Positions 23,943 to 33,511 of a stretch of 64,000 nt of DNA are shown here, piece by piece. Below the pieces are notes generated by a model. That model did no database searches. It saw only the letters and a program-made list of their open reading frames with translations, and was not told where the DNA came from. Location: assembly GCA_964019335.1 (NCBI GenBank), contig OZ025731.1, positions 365,545 through 429,544 of the forward strand. Reading direction: 5' to 3'. Numbering within the stretch: position 1 is the first letter of the stretch; each line of letters begins with the position of its first letter. The stretch comes from Diplonema japonicum. Its lineage: Eukaryota; Protista; Euglenozoa: Diplonemea. The translations under genes were made by a program, and so were the position numbers.

Positions 23943-24856
23943 CATTATCCTTATTCTAGGCCAGCCTTCTTTCCTGCCCTTCAACCTTTGACGATATCCT
24001 CAGCAGCTTAGTTTGATGCCGTCTCCCCCCACATGACCTTACCTTCAAAATATTATTTGGTTTTTTTTTTTTTTTTTTTTTCTCTCTTTTTTTTTTTTTT
24101 TCCCGATATTTGACCGTATTTAGATGGCTGACAACTTTAAAAAAAGAAATAAGAAAAAAAAAAAGAAAAAAAAGACCTACGGGAACTTTTAGTTTAAAAA
24201 ACCTTAGTCTAGTTCCCCTTAGCATTTTTTTTTTTTTTTTCCATTACCCCCTTTGCAGTTCTAGAATACTTTGGGGAAGGGGGAGCATTTGTTTTTTTAG
24301 TCAGAAATAATAGCACGGTTGTTTGTCCCTTCTCCTTTCCCCCTTTGAATAGTCCACTGAAGGAGGGAGAACAAAAAAAAAAAAAGGAATGCTACGGACT
24401 GGAAAGCAAAAAGAAAAAGAAGAAAAAAAAGTCGGGAACAGAGAGAGAGAAAAGTTATATTCGGGGAAATGGAAGAGGGGGGGGGGGGGAGGGACGGAGG
24501 AAATGCAAAATACAAGAATTTCCTGTTTCTTCCCCTTTCTCTCTTCCTTCTCTCTCTCTCTTTCTTTCTCTTTCCCCCACTCCTCCCCTCTATTTTTTAT
24601 TTTTCCCTGTGCGAGCAAAAAAAAAAAGAAATAGACAACAAAAGATTCTTTTTTTCTTTTCTTTCATTTCCGGTTTTTTTAATAATTTTTTTTTTAATAA
24701 AAAAAAAAGAAGAAAAAAAAGATCCCTGCCTGCACCCATGCTCCCCTCATCACCCTCCCCCTCATACGCCCCTTCAGGTGACCCTTTTTTACTACTATTT
24801 AACTGCTTTTACCCATCGTTACAAAACTAAAAGGCTGGCAACATTCTCTTCATGAC

Positions 24857-25273
24857 ATGACGGAAGATATAACACGCACGGGCAACAAGGCGGATCGAGA
24901 GATTGCAAAGCAGAAGCTGACGTACTTCTACGCAAAGCTGTTCCCTGACCAAGCACACACAGTTGACAAATTGTTAGAGAAATACCGAGGAAGGGAGCAA
25001 GAGGTGATAAACACACACAGGGTCAAATACCCCATGTGGAACTGGGACTACATCCCCCCCCCAGACATCATTCTCACAGCTACCACAGCATGTTCCCAGC
25101 TTACAGATTCTTTATCCGGGATGAAGAAGAAACAAGACGAGCAAACCAAAGTCATGGAAAACATGCAACTTACACTTATCGGGATGCAAAGGCAGGTTGC
25201 ACAAATTGCTTGTGCTGTTAATGCCGATGCTCACCCCAATCCTGCCCTGGACCCACCAAGGCACAGCTTGTAG
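24857..25273 (+). CDS. Hypothetical protein, paralogous to the N-terminus of the next gene
   Basis: REIAKQKLTYFYAKLFP..VDKLLEKY.G.E..KYPMWNWDY domain plus a short coiled coil. Confidence 0.75.
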   Translation: MTEDITRTGNKADREIAKQKLTYFYAKLFPDQAHTVDKLLEKYRGREQEVINTHRVKYPMWNWDYIPPPDIILTATTACSQLTDSLSGMKKKQDEQTKVMENMQLTLIGMQRQVAQIACAVNADAHPNPALDPPRHSL

Positions 25274-25330
25274 TATATTACTACCATTTTGTTTTCTTTC
25301 TCGCAACATACACAGGGACAGGGGGGCAAC

Positions 25331-27151
25331 ATGGAGGAGAACCTGACAGCAAGGGAGGTCGCCAAGCGGAAGATCACCGCCTTCTACGCAAGGCTCTTCC
25401 CGGAGAAGCTGCACACCGTTGACAAGCTGCTTGACAAGTACGCTGGCGAAGAGGACGACGTCATCCGCACGCACAAGATAAAGTATCCTGTTTGGAACTG
25501 GGACTACCTCCCCCCACCGACCTCTGTGTCGAGCCAGGGGGCCAGCACCCGGCCTGGTGCGTTGCCCCACAGCGACAGTGCTGCCCGTTACTACCGTCAG
25601 CCATCGCCAGGTGAGTACACCACCACGGGTGGTGCGGGTGGGAAGGATCACAACCTGAACATTACGCTTACCCTGCAGGGTCCGCAGGGCCAGGTTCCAT
25701 CTGTCAGCGTCAACCAGCCGCCGCACGTCGACTACGACACCAGCTTCACGCCTGCTCCAGCGCTTCCCTCTTCCAGCCACACCGACCCTCCCTTCGAAGA
25801 GCCCCACCGTGCCTTCGCGTCGCCCAGGCCAGGCCTGCCGAACTACACACCAATCCGCCATGGAAACAACCCCCCACCAGCACCCCCAGGGACCGCAGGG
25901 TACACCCCTGACCCCCCTGCTCCCCTGGCACATTACGAACCAGTGCCCCTCCCAGTGAATACCTCCATGCACCAGACGCCTGGGTACACTGCCCACAAGA
26001 TTTCAGGTCCGCCTATGCACTCCCCGGGACAGCTCATGCACCCACCGACCAACCACTCCCCCCCGCACGGTGTAATCGGCTTCCCTGCTCCCGATGCCAG
26101 TCAGCTTGTGTCGCGCAATGAGATCGAAGGTGCCTTCGCAGCGCTGGAATCGAAGCTCACCGAAGCGCAGCGTCAAGATGTGGCAGTCCTGGAGGTGAAG
26201 CTGGACCAGCTGCTGGACCAGATATCGGGGAGGGTCAAGATGAAGGACAACGACGTGCAGCAGCAGCTGCGGGATATGATGACGCGCATCGATGCACTGT
26301 CGCAGGTACAGCATGCAGGGCCACCGATGGCTACGACACCAGCAGTCTCGTACAAGTCCCAGCAGACGGCGGATCTGACTGCCAAGGTGAAGATGCTAGA
26401 GGCACAACTTGCAAAGGCGCCCATGAAGCAGCTTGAGGAGGACGAACCGAGCAATGTACCGTGGAGGGACGCTGTGACAGACTACGTAGACCTCCTGAAG
26501 CAGGAGAACAGTAAAAAAAATGCGGAGCTGGGTGTCATGGCACACAGCACGCAGTCCCTGCAGAACCAGCTGGGGGAGCAGCAGCAAAGGTATGTTCGCG
26601 ACGTGAACGAGATGCAGAGGAAGCTGAGTGCACTGGAGGGACACCACTCGGCGGTTCAAGAAACGAAAGATCTGGCCCACAAGCTACACTCCGCTGTGGG
26701 TCAGGCCGCCAATGCTCAACAGCAGGCCCAAGTGCAACACCGTCAGCTGCTTGAAGCAACGAACAATTTGAAGCAGCAGCCGTCACAGATTGCAGTGTCC
26801 ATGCCTTTGCAGCAGCTACCTCCCCAGTCGCAACCTGTACAGCAAGCTGTGCAGCCAGTGTACGCGCAGGTGCAGCCTCAAGTCCAAACGCTGGCACCTG
26901 TCGCGCACCAGAATGAGATGAAGAGTTTGCATGACGAGATCGAAGAGCTGAGGAGGAGGGACGACCTCTCCAGGAAGGTATTTGTATTGGGCTTTTTTTT
27001 TAGTTTTGTTTTAAACACACGGCAGCTCATCCACGAGAAGCAGATGCTTCTGGACACCATGTTCGCCCTCTCGCACCAACAGCAAAGCAACTCTCCGTCG
27101 CGCGGACTGGTGATGGGCTACAACGGCATCCCTGTCCCTCCTGCACCGTAG
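25331..27151 (+). CDS. Proline-rich/coiled-coil hypothetical protein; intron 26978-27025
   Basis: Long GC-rich ORF with the same N-terminal domain as the upstream gene; 48-nt in-frame GTATTT..GGCAG intron. Confidence 0.85.
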   Translation: MEENLTAREVAKRKITAFYARLFPEKLHTVDKLLDKYAGEEDDVIRTHKIKYPVWNWDYLPPPTSVSSQGASTRPGALPHSDSAARYYRQPSPGEYTTTGGAGGKDHNLNITLTLQGPQGQVPSVSVNQPPHVDYDTSFTPAPALPSSSHTDPPFEEPHRAFASPRPGLPNYTPIRHGNNPPPAPPGTAGYTPDPPAPLAHYEPVPLPVNTSMHQTPGYTAHKISGPPMHSPGQLMHPPTNHSPPHGVIGFPAPDASQLVSRNEIEGAFAALESKLTEAQRQDVAVLEVKLDQLLDQISGRVKMKDNDVQQQLRDMMTRIDALSQVQHAGPPMATTPAVSYKSQQTADLTAKVKMLEAQLAKAPMKQLEEDEPSNVPWRDAVTDYVDLLKQENSKKNAELGVMAHSTQSLQNQLGEQQQRYVRDVNEMQRKLSALEGHHSAVQETKDLAHKLHSAVGQAANAQQQAQVQHRQLLEATNNLKQQPSQIAVSMPLQQLPPQSQPVQQAVQPVYAQVQPQVQTLAPVAHQNEMKSLHDEIEELRRRDDLSRKVFVLGFFFSFVLNTRQLIHEKQMLLDTMFALSHQQQSNSPSRGLVMGYNGIPVPPAP

Positions 27152-27450
27152 CCCTTATAGATGTAGTAGTTGAATGACCCTTACCCCCCACCCAAATTTG
27201 TACCATGTTTTGTCAACCCCCTCTTGGGTAAGATTTTGTTAAGCCATTCACTGCCGTTGCAGCCGTTCTGTTCACTTTTCCCCCCCGTCCTTTATGTTAA
27301 TTTGCATCCCCCCCCCCCCCCCTCCCTCCACCCTCCTGTCCCTTCCCTTTTGCATGGCTTAAGAGTAAGTCCACGGCGTTGTTTAGATTCTTTGTGTTTG
27401 CTATCTTACTTTTGCGTCCCCTCTGTGAATGGTTCACAGAATAGGAAAAG

Positions 27451-29005
27451 ATGAGCAGAAAGAGGGGCGGCGGTGACCCGAAGGATCAGTTCTGGGCGTC
27501 TGTCGAGTCGCAGAAGCAGGACACGCTGAGGTGGTGCCTGCACAACTGCAATGGTCTGGAGGCCAGCACGCAGAACGAGGACGGGCTGACGTCGTTCATG
27601 CTTTCGGCGAAGCATGACAAATGGAAGTCTATGCAACAGCTTATCGACTTCTACGCAAGGGCGCCTGCCCTGAGGGAGCACGGGTGGGTGGAGTGCCAGG
27701 ACGAAGACGGCAAGAGTGCCCTAATGTACGCATGCGAATCGGGGAGCTTGAAGTCTGTGGACTTCCTTCTCGACGCGCAGCCGCAGGGCCGTGGGGAGCG
27801 ACGTGGTGTCAACGCACCCACCATGGCGGACCAGCTGCTCAAGCAGAAGGACAAGAAGGGCAAGACAGCGTACGACCACGCCAAGCTGAGGAAGAGGGAC
27901 AAGATCATCGAGTACATCGACGACTACCTCGCACCGCCTGAGGAGGTGGAGGAGGTCGAGAAGAACGCAGACGGCATCTCCTCAACACAAAAGTCCAAAC
28001 AGAAGAAGAGGGCAATGCTCGCACAGTCCGGCGGCGACGCTTTGGAGAAGCACCTGGAAGAGGAGAAGGCTCACAACATCAGGCTAGAGGCTGAAAAAGC
28101 AGCGGACAACGCAGTTGAGAACATCAAGAACAGGAAGCCAGTGTGGGTGGAGATCGAGAAGGTGGACAAGCAAGCCGACAACTCTTCAAAGATCTGCGAG
28201 CTGAACATCGTGAGGGAAAAGGCCGGCGGTGACTGCCCTGCACACGGCGATGAGAAGAACCCTGTGGACCCTGCGCTGTGGGATCTTGCAATGCTCAACA
28301 GGCTGTCGCTGAAGCTGCCGAAGGGGATGCTGACAAGCCTGCCGTCCGACTTGCAGAGGTTGACTGTACTTCAGATTCTAATCGTGAGTAAGAACAGCCT
28401 GTCGATGTTGCCCGAGGAGATTGGGCTGCTGAGCAACCTGAAGGTCCTGGAGGCCGAGGACAACGACCTCACTGTGCTGCCTAAGGGGCTTGGTGAATGC
28501 AAGAAGCTTGAGGTGCTGAAGCTCGGCCGCAACAAGGTCTCAGACCTTGACGTTCTAAGGAAGCACACCAACCTGACGATGATCCACTGCAACAACAACC
28601 AGCTCACGTCGTTGGAGGCCATCCCTTTCGAGAACCTCGCAAGGCTCTCAGAGCTGTGCATGCAGGGGAATGCCATCACAGAACTCCCCGATGAGGTCGG
28701 GAGCTGCCCTGTGCTGTCGAAGATCTCCTTGCAGAATAACCAGATCAAGGAGCTGCCAGCAGCACTCACCGCCCTCAAGAAAGTGAAGGAGGTCAACATG
28801 GACGAGAACCCATTGAAAGACAACAAGGTATGATTACATACGAGGGCGGGAAGAAATTAACTTACAGGTGAAGAAGTACCTCGATCAAGGCGGCAAGGGG
28901 CTCAAGGACTTGTGGAAGTACCTTGAGAAGAACGCCAAGAAGGGTGGTGGCGGTAAAAAGAAGAAGAAGAAGACCGTGGTGGAGTCGGATGAAGAGGAGG
29001 ACTAA
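27451..29005 (+). CDS. Ankyrin-repeat plus leucine-rich-repeat protein; intron 28828-28867
   Basis: DGKSALMYAC and KGKTAYDHA ankyrin motifs, LxxLxLxxNxL repeats. A 40-nt intron extends the ORF to TAA at 29003-29005. Confidence 0.9.
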
Positions 29006-29406
29006 AACCTTCAAGGAGACTGAAGGCATTTCAAAAAAAAAAAAGGAAAGAAAATAAAAAAGTACCTTGCCCTTTATAATTTCACTCCCCGTAAAAAAAG
29101 AAAAAAAGAAAATTTGAAAAAAAAAGAATTACCCCCCCCTTTTTTTTCCTTTTTTGTTTTTGTTCCTCCGACTTTCCACGGGATAAAAAGAAGAAAAAAG
29201 GGGGGGGGGAGAACCCAGCAATAAACTATTTTTTTTTAGTGTTCATTTTTTTTTTCCGTCCCCCCTTCATGGTCAGACTCTCCACCCTTCCCGCCAAATT
29301 CTTATATTTCTTTCTTTTTTTTTTTTTTACAATTCGAAAAAAACAAAAAAAAAACAAAAAAACTTGATTAGAAAATACTCTTTTAAAAAAAAAAGAAAAA
29401 AAAAAA

Positions 29407-30318
29407 ATGGAAGACGAAAAATGGCAAGGCCCTGAAGTGAAGGAGTGCTCTGTTGTTGATGCGTTCAACATGCCGTTGTTCGAGCTGTACCTGGTGATTG
29501 ACACCAGGACAGAAGCTGAGGTAGCCGCTGCAGGGGGGAAAAGGCTTGCTTCAGCACGCTCCATTCCACCACCCCCTGAAGGGGTAACACTGGAAACGAA
29601 AATGTGGGAGTTTTTCACCGAATTAGAATCGGAGGACATGTGGCCCATCCAATGGAAGTGGGTGCTGGTTTACGGAAATGACAGCGAAAACACGTACACT
29701 TGGAAAGTAGCTGAGTTTTTGAAGAAAGCGCTGCTCGTAGGCTGGGGGGACCCGAACAATACACGAAGGAATTTATTCCGGATGGTACAGGCAGTGCGTG
29801 TGATGTCAGGGGGATATCCAGCATTTCTTTCTTCTTACCCTATGCTATGTGGGGAAGAGGTTGAGGACATGAGAGCTTCGCCTGCAGAAATTGTCCCAGG
29901 GCTCTTTCTTTCGTCCAGGTGTATGGAGTTCAACTCCGACACTGTGCGCTACTGGGGGCTCACTCACATTATTGTAGATGGTTCGCAGGATGTTCCCACC
30001 TTGCCAGGACTGGTCACGTTGCCTGTGGAAATCCCTGATGATAACTTGGTTGATTTTACAAGGTCCTTTCCTGCAGTCTACTCCTTTATCACAGAGGCGC
30101 TGGCGAACCCTTCAAACCGCGTGTTGGTTCTGTTCTGGGGCCGGTCTCGGTCGGCAATTCTCGTGATATCCTGGCTCATAAAGCGGTTCTCATTCACGGC
30201 GCTGCAGGCGTTCGATTATTTGCAAGAGCGGGTTTTTAAGAAGCTGGACAAGGTTTACCTTGCGTTGGACCAGCTGCATGAATGGGCAGAGGGCACCACC
30301 GGGAAAACGATTGAATGA
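29407..30318 (+). CDS. Rhodanese-like plus dual-specificity phosphatase domain protein, probably catalytically inactive
   Basis: LVIDTR...GGYPAF (rhodanese), EIVPGLFLS, VLVLFWGRSRSA in place of VHCxxGxSRS. Confidence 0.8.
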   Translation: MEDEKWQGPEVKECSVVDAFNMPLFELYLVIDTRTEAEVAAAGGKRLASARSIPPPPEGVTLETKMWEFFTELESEDMWPIQWKWVLVYGNDSENTYTWKVAEFLKKALLVGWGDPNNTRRNLFRMVQAVRVMSGGYPAFLSSYPMLCGEEVEDMRASPAEIVPGLFLSSRCMEFNSDTVRYWGLTHIIVDGSQDVPTLPGLVTLPVEIPDDNLVDFTRSFPAVYSFITEALANPSNRVLVLFWGRSRSAILVISWLIKRFSFTALQAFDYLQERVFKKLDKVYLALDQLHEWAEGTTGKTIE

Positions 30319-30614
30319 TTTAAAAAAAAAAAAAAAATGATACGCTTAACGAAGTTTTATCTAACCTTTTCTCTTTCTTTGTAGTTTTTTTTTTTCTTCT
30401 CTCTCTCTCTCTCTATCTCTCCCCTGGCGCCAATAGGTATTTTTTTTTTTTTAAAAAAGAAATACTCTCCTAACCCTTTTTAAACGGCGACATTACGTCT
30501 ATTTTTTTTATTCACCCGAAAGGAAAAAAAAAAAAAAAAATGGGGAGAGAAATTTTTTTATTATCCCCCCCCCCCCCTTGCTCTTTTTTATCAACCGCAC
30601 AACCACAGGAAGCC

Positions 30615-31850
30615 ATGCCCACGGAGGGAGAGGAGGGTGAGGAAACTGAGGACACGAAGGGGTCCTCGGAAAAGCTGCTAGACGAGTACTGCGAGAGGGG
30701 GCTGATAAGCAAGGATGATATAGCGGAGGTTCTGGGAGGGCAGTGGCAGGAGCTGATGGAGTCGGAGGTGGTATCGCAGTGTATAAAAATAGTCCTGAGC
30801 GAAAAGGGGCTGCCGTTTGAGAGCGTGCAGTGCAACGGCCCAGGCGCAGGGGCTTACAAGAAACCAACAAATATCATAAAAATTTTGCTAACAATCGATA
30901 TAAAACACGGAGGACGGGCTCCCCTGTGCCCGACCGAGGGCAAGACTATCGACGCACTCCAGCGCCTTCTCACGCTGCTGCCCTGCGACGAGCCCTCCGA
31001 CAATGTATCAGTCCAAGAAATGCAAGCTACACTCACAGCGAACAGCTGGTATCTAGGCGAGCATTTCTCCGCCTGCGACGCGCTTCTCTTCCCTCATATC
31101 CACCACCACCTCACCCATCATCTGACCTCGTCGGTGGATGCTCTTCTGAAATGGTACTACAAGTGCCGGAGCAGGCCTTCTGTAGAACGGGTAGTGAAAC
31201 AGAGAGTGCACAACGGTAGTACAAAATGGCAGCTTGTCCCCCCGGAGATAATATGCGTAGTGCTCGAGTACACTGGGACGAACGAGGTGTTGCTGATCCA
31301 ATTGTTGAGCAAGCTATGGGCGTGCGAGGCGAAGCGCGTGTTGAGAAGCAGGCTTCCTGTGGTGCATGGGCTTCTACCTTGTGAGGTGATATATGATGGG
31401 TGGACTGTGCGGGCAGGGCGGACTGCGTTACGAATTAGCGGGAAAGGATTTTCTGCAGCAGGTGGGTGGCTTGGGTTGTCCAAGTTGTTGTCATGGCTTG
31501 AAAAGCTAATGAACCCGTCTCCAATGGGCGAACCCACCTCACCACCATGGGCACCAGGCGGCGATCGCCGACGGCTTGAAGTTAACATCACCGGCCCTGT
31601 GTTGTCCCCTACATCTCTTCTCCCTCAGCAGCGGCGTTTTGTGGTCGATTTAGCTCAGTGCGATTCAGACCAACGGGCTGCAGCACTTGCCCTTCGCAAC
31701 TGGCTGCTAGTCGTGGAGGAACTCCCCGGTGCGGCGGGGCCCTTGGACGGGCTGTCACTCTGCAGTTCTATCAAACCAGTTCAACAATCACCCCCTGAGA
31801 GCAACACTCCAGAGGACCCTGAAATGGACGTGGCATCGCAGCTGCCCTAG
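30615..31850 (+). CDS. Protein with GST C-terminal-like domain and F-box-like motif
   Basis: YLGEHFSACDALLFPHI..LLKWYYKCRSRPSV (GST_C); LVPPEIICVVLEY..LLSKLW (F-box). Confidence 0.7.
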   Translation: MPTEGEEGEETEDTKGSSEKLLDEYCERGLISKDDIAEVLGGQWQELMESEVVSQCIKIVLSEKGLPFESVQCNGPGAGAYKKPTNIIKILLTIDIKHGGRAPLCPTEGKTIDALQRLLTLLPCDEPSDNVSVQEMQATLTANSWYLGEHFSACDALLFPHIHHHLTHHLTSSVDALLKWYYKCRSRPSVERVVKQRVHNGSTKWQLVPPEIICVVLEYTGTNEVLLIQLLSKLWACEAKRVLRSRLPVVHGLLPCEVIYDGWTVRAGRTALRISGKGFSAAGGWLGLSKLLSWLEKLMNPSPMGEPTSPPWAPGGDRRRLEVNITGPVLSPTSLLPQQRRFVVDLAQCDSDQRAAALALRNWLLVVEELPGAAGPLDGLSLCSSIKPVQQSPPESNTPEDPEMDVASQLP

Positions 31851-32255
31851 AAGAAAAAACCCCCCTTTTCCATTATTATTATATTTTTTTTTTCTTTTTT
31901 TCCGGTATGGACACCATATTAGTTTTCTTTTTTTTTTTTTCAACCTTTCCTGACGACCACGGGGGGGGGGGGGGGGGGGGGGGTGGACGCTACAGGATTT
32001 TTCACCTCAAAAACATTTGTATTTTTTTTTTTAGCCTCCATCAACAACAACAGAAACCTCCTGTAACTTCTGGAAGAAAAAAAAAAAGAGGAAAGAAGAA
32101 AAAAAAAAAACACTAATTCTTTATGACTATATGTCTTTGTTTGCTCAGCACGAGTTGCATATAGTTATAAATAAAAAAATCATTTTCTTTTTTGAAAGAT
32201 AAATACTTGTAACAAACCCCCCCGATTGGATTCCCCCCCCCCCCCCCCCCCCCCC

Positions 32256-32410
32256 TAGGGCTATGCTGGCAGAAAACGTTTCCGTTTCCATACTTTTCAA
32301 AATTCTTATGGAACGGTTTCCTTCTTAAGGAAACATAAGGAAACGTTTCCGTTTCCGTTTCCTTTTTCAAAAAATGCATGGAAACGCGTTTCCATGCCAG
32401 CATAGCCCTA
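32256..32410. mobile_element. MITE type A, copy 1
   Basis: TA-GGGCTATGCTGGCA ... TGCCAGCATAGCCC-TA; internal GGAAACGTTTCC palindromes. Confidence 0.7.
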
Positions 32411-33015
32411 GGGGGGGTCACATGGGGGTGGTAAAGTGGGTTTTTTCAAATTCGGAAATGCAGAACACTGGAGCCGCTTAAGCCATGTAAAACGCCCCTT
32501 TCTCGACCAAAAAATCGATTTCCGCCCGGTACTTTTTACTTTTGGGCACCTACAAATCATTATTATGCATTTTTAAAACTGGTGACCACGGTTTGGTACC
32601 TGGCCTGTTGTCTCCCCTGTAGTTTCTGAGTTTTCTGAAAATTTTAGAATTTGACCATGGTTTGTTCCACCCTTTGAACGCGGCTCTTTAGGACGCCGCT
32701 ACCGTTTGAACGGCAGAGTACTGTCTTACATTGTCCGATTGTGAACTTTTCTGTGTTTTGCGCGGCATTTCTGATGAATATCTATCATTTTCCCAAGGTT
32801 AGGATGGTAAGTTTGCAAACCGTGGTCACTGTTTGTCAAAAATACAGATAAAGCATTAACAAGTGCCCAGAAATGCTCTAATCCGGCGAATTTTGATTTT
32901 TTGGCTAATTTGGAGGGTATTGGGCGGTTTTTTTTACCTTAGGGGAAAGAATTTTAAAAAACTTTTTTTTTTTCACGTTTAACCACGTTTTTTAGGACCA
33001 TGTGACCCCCCCCTA
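32411..33015. mobile_element. MITE type B, copy 1
   Basis: G(n)TCACATGG ... CCATGTGAC(n)-TA termini. Confidence 0.65.
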
Positions 33016-33033
33016 CCCCCCCCCCCCCCCCCC

Positions 33034-33192
33034 GGCTATACTGGCAAGGAAAAGCGTTTCTAAGCTTTTTTCGAAATAAGGAAACGGAAACGTTTCCTTA
33101 CTGTTTCCTTAAGAAGGGAACACGTTTCCTTAGGTATTTGAAAAATAAGGAAACGGAGACGTTTCCCCGTTTCTTGCCGTAGCATAGCCCTA
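33034..33192. mobile_element. MITE type A, copy 2
   Basis: GGCTATACTGGCA ... GCATAGCCCTA with GGAAACG repeats. Confidence 0.65.
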
Positions 33193-33511
33193 GGGGGGGG
33201 TCACATGGTCCTTAAAAACGTGAAAAAGAAATTTTCTAAGGTAAAAAAGACCACCAATACCCTCTAAATTAACCAAAAAATCAAAATTCGCATTTCTGAG
33301 CACTTGTTAATGCTTTATTTATATTTTTGAAGAAAGTGACCACGGTTGGTACCTGAAATCTTTGCAGAAACAAACTAACAAACTTACCATCCTAACCTCG
33401 GGAAAATGATAGATATTCATCAGATCAGTTAGGCGGCTCCAGTACTCTGCATTTGCGAATTTGAAAAAAACCCACTTTACCGCTACCATGTGACCCCCCC
33501 CCCCCCCCCCC
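33193..33511. mobile_element. MITE type B, copy 2 (inverted relative to copy 1, internally deleted)
   Basis: Same termini; internal blocks (CGGCTCCAGT, CCCACTTTACC, CTTACCATCCTAACCT) are reverse complements of copy 1. Confidence 0.65.

Noticed and set aside
25261-25330. Intron fusing the two paralogous ORFs
   Set aside because: The GT at 25270 is phase 2 whereas the acceptors at 25315 and 25321 need phase 0; the GT at 25273 overlaps the stop codon.
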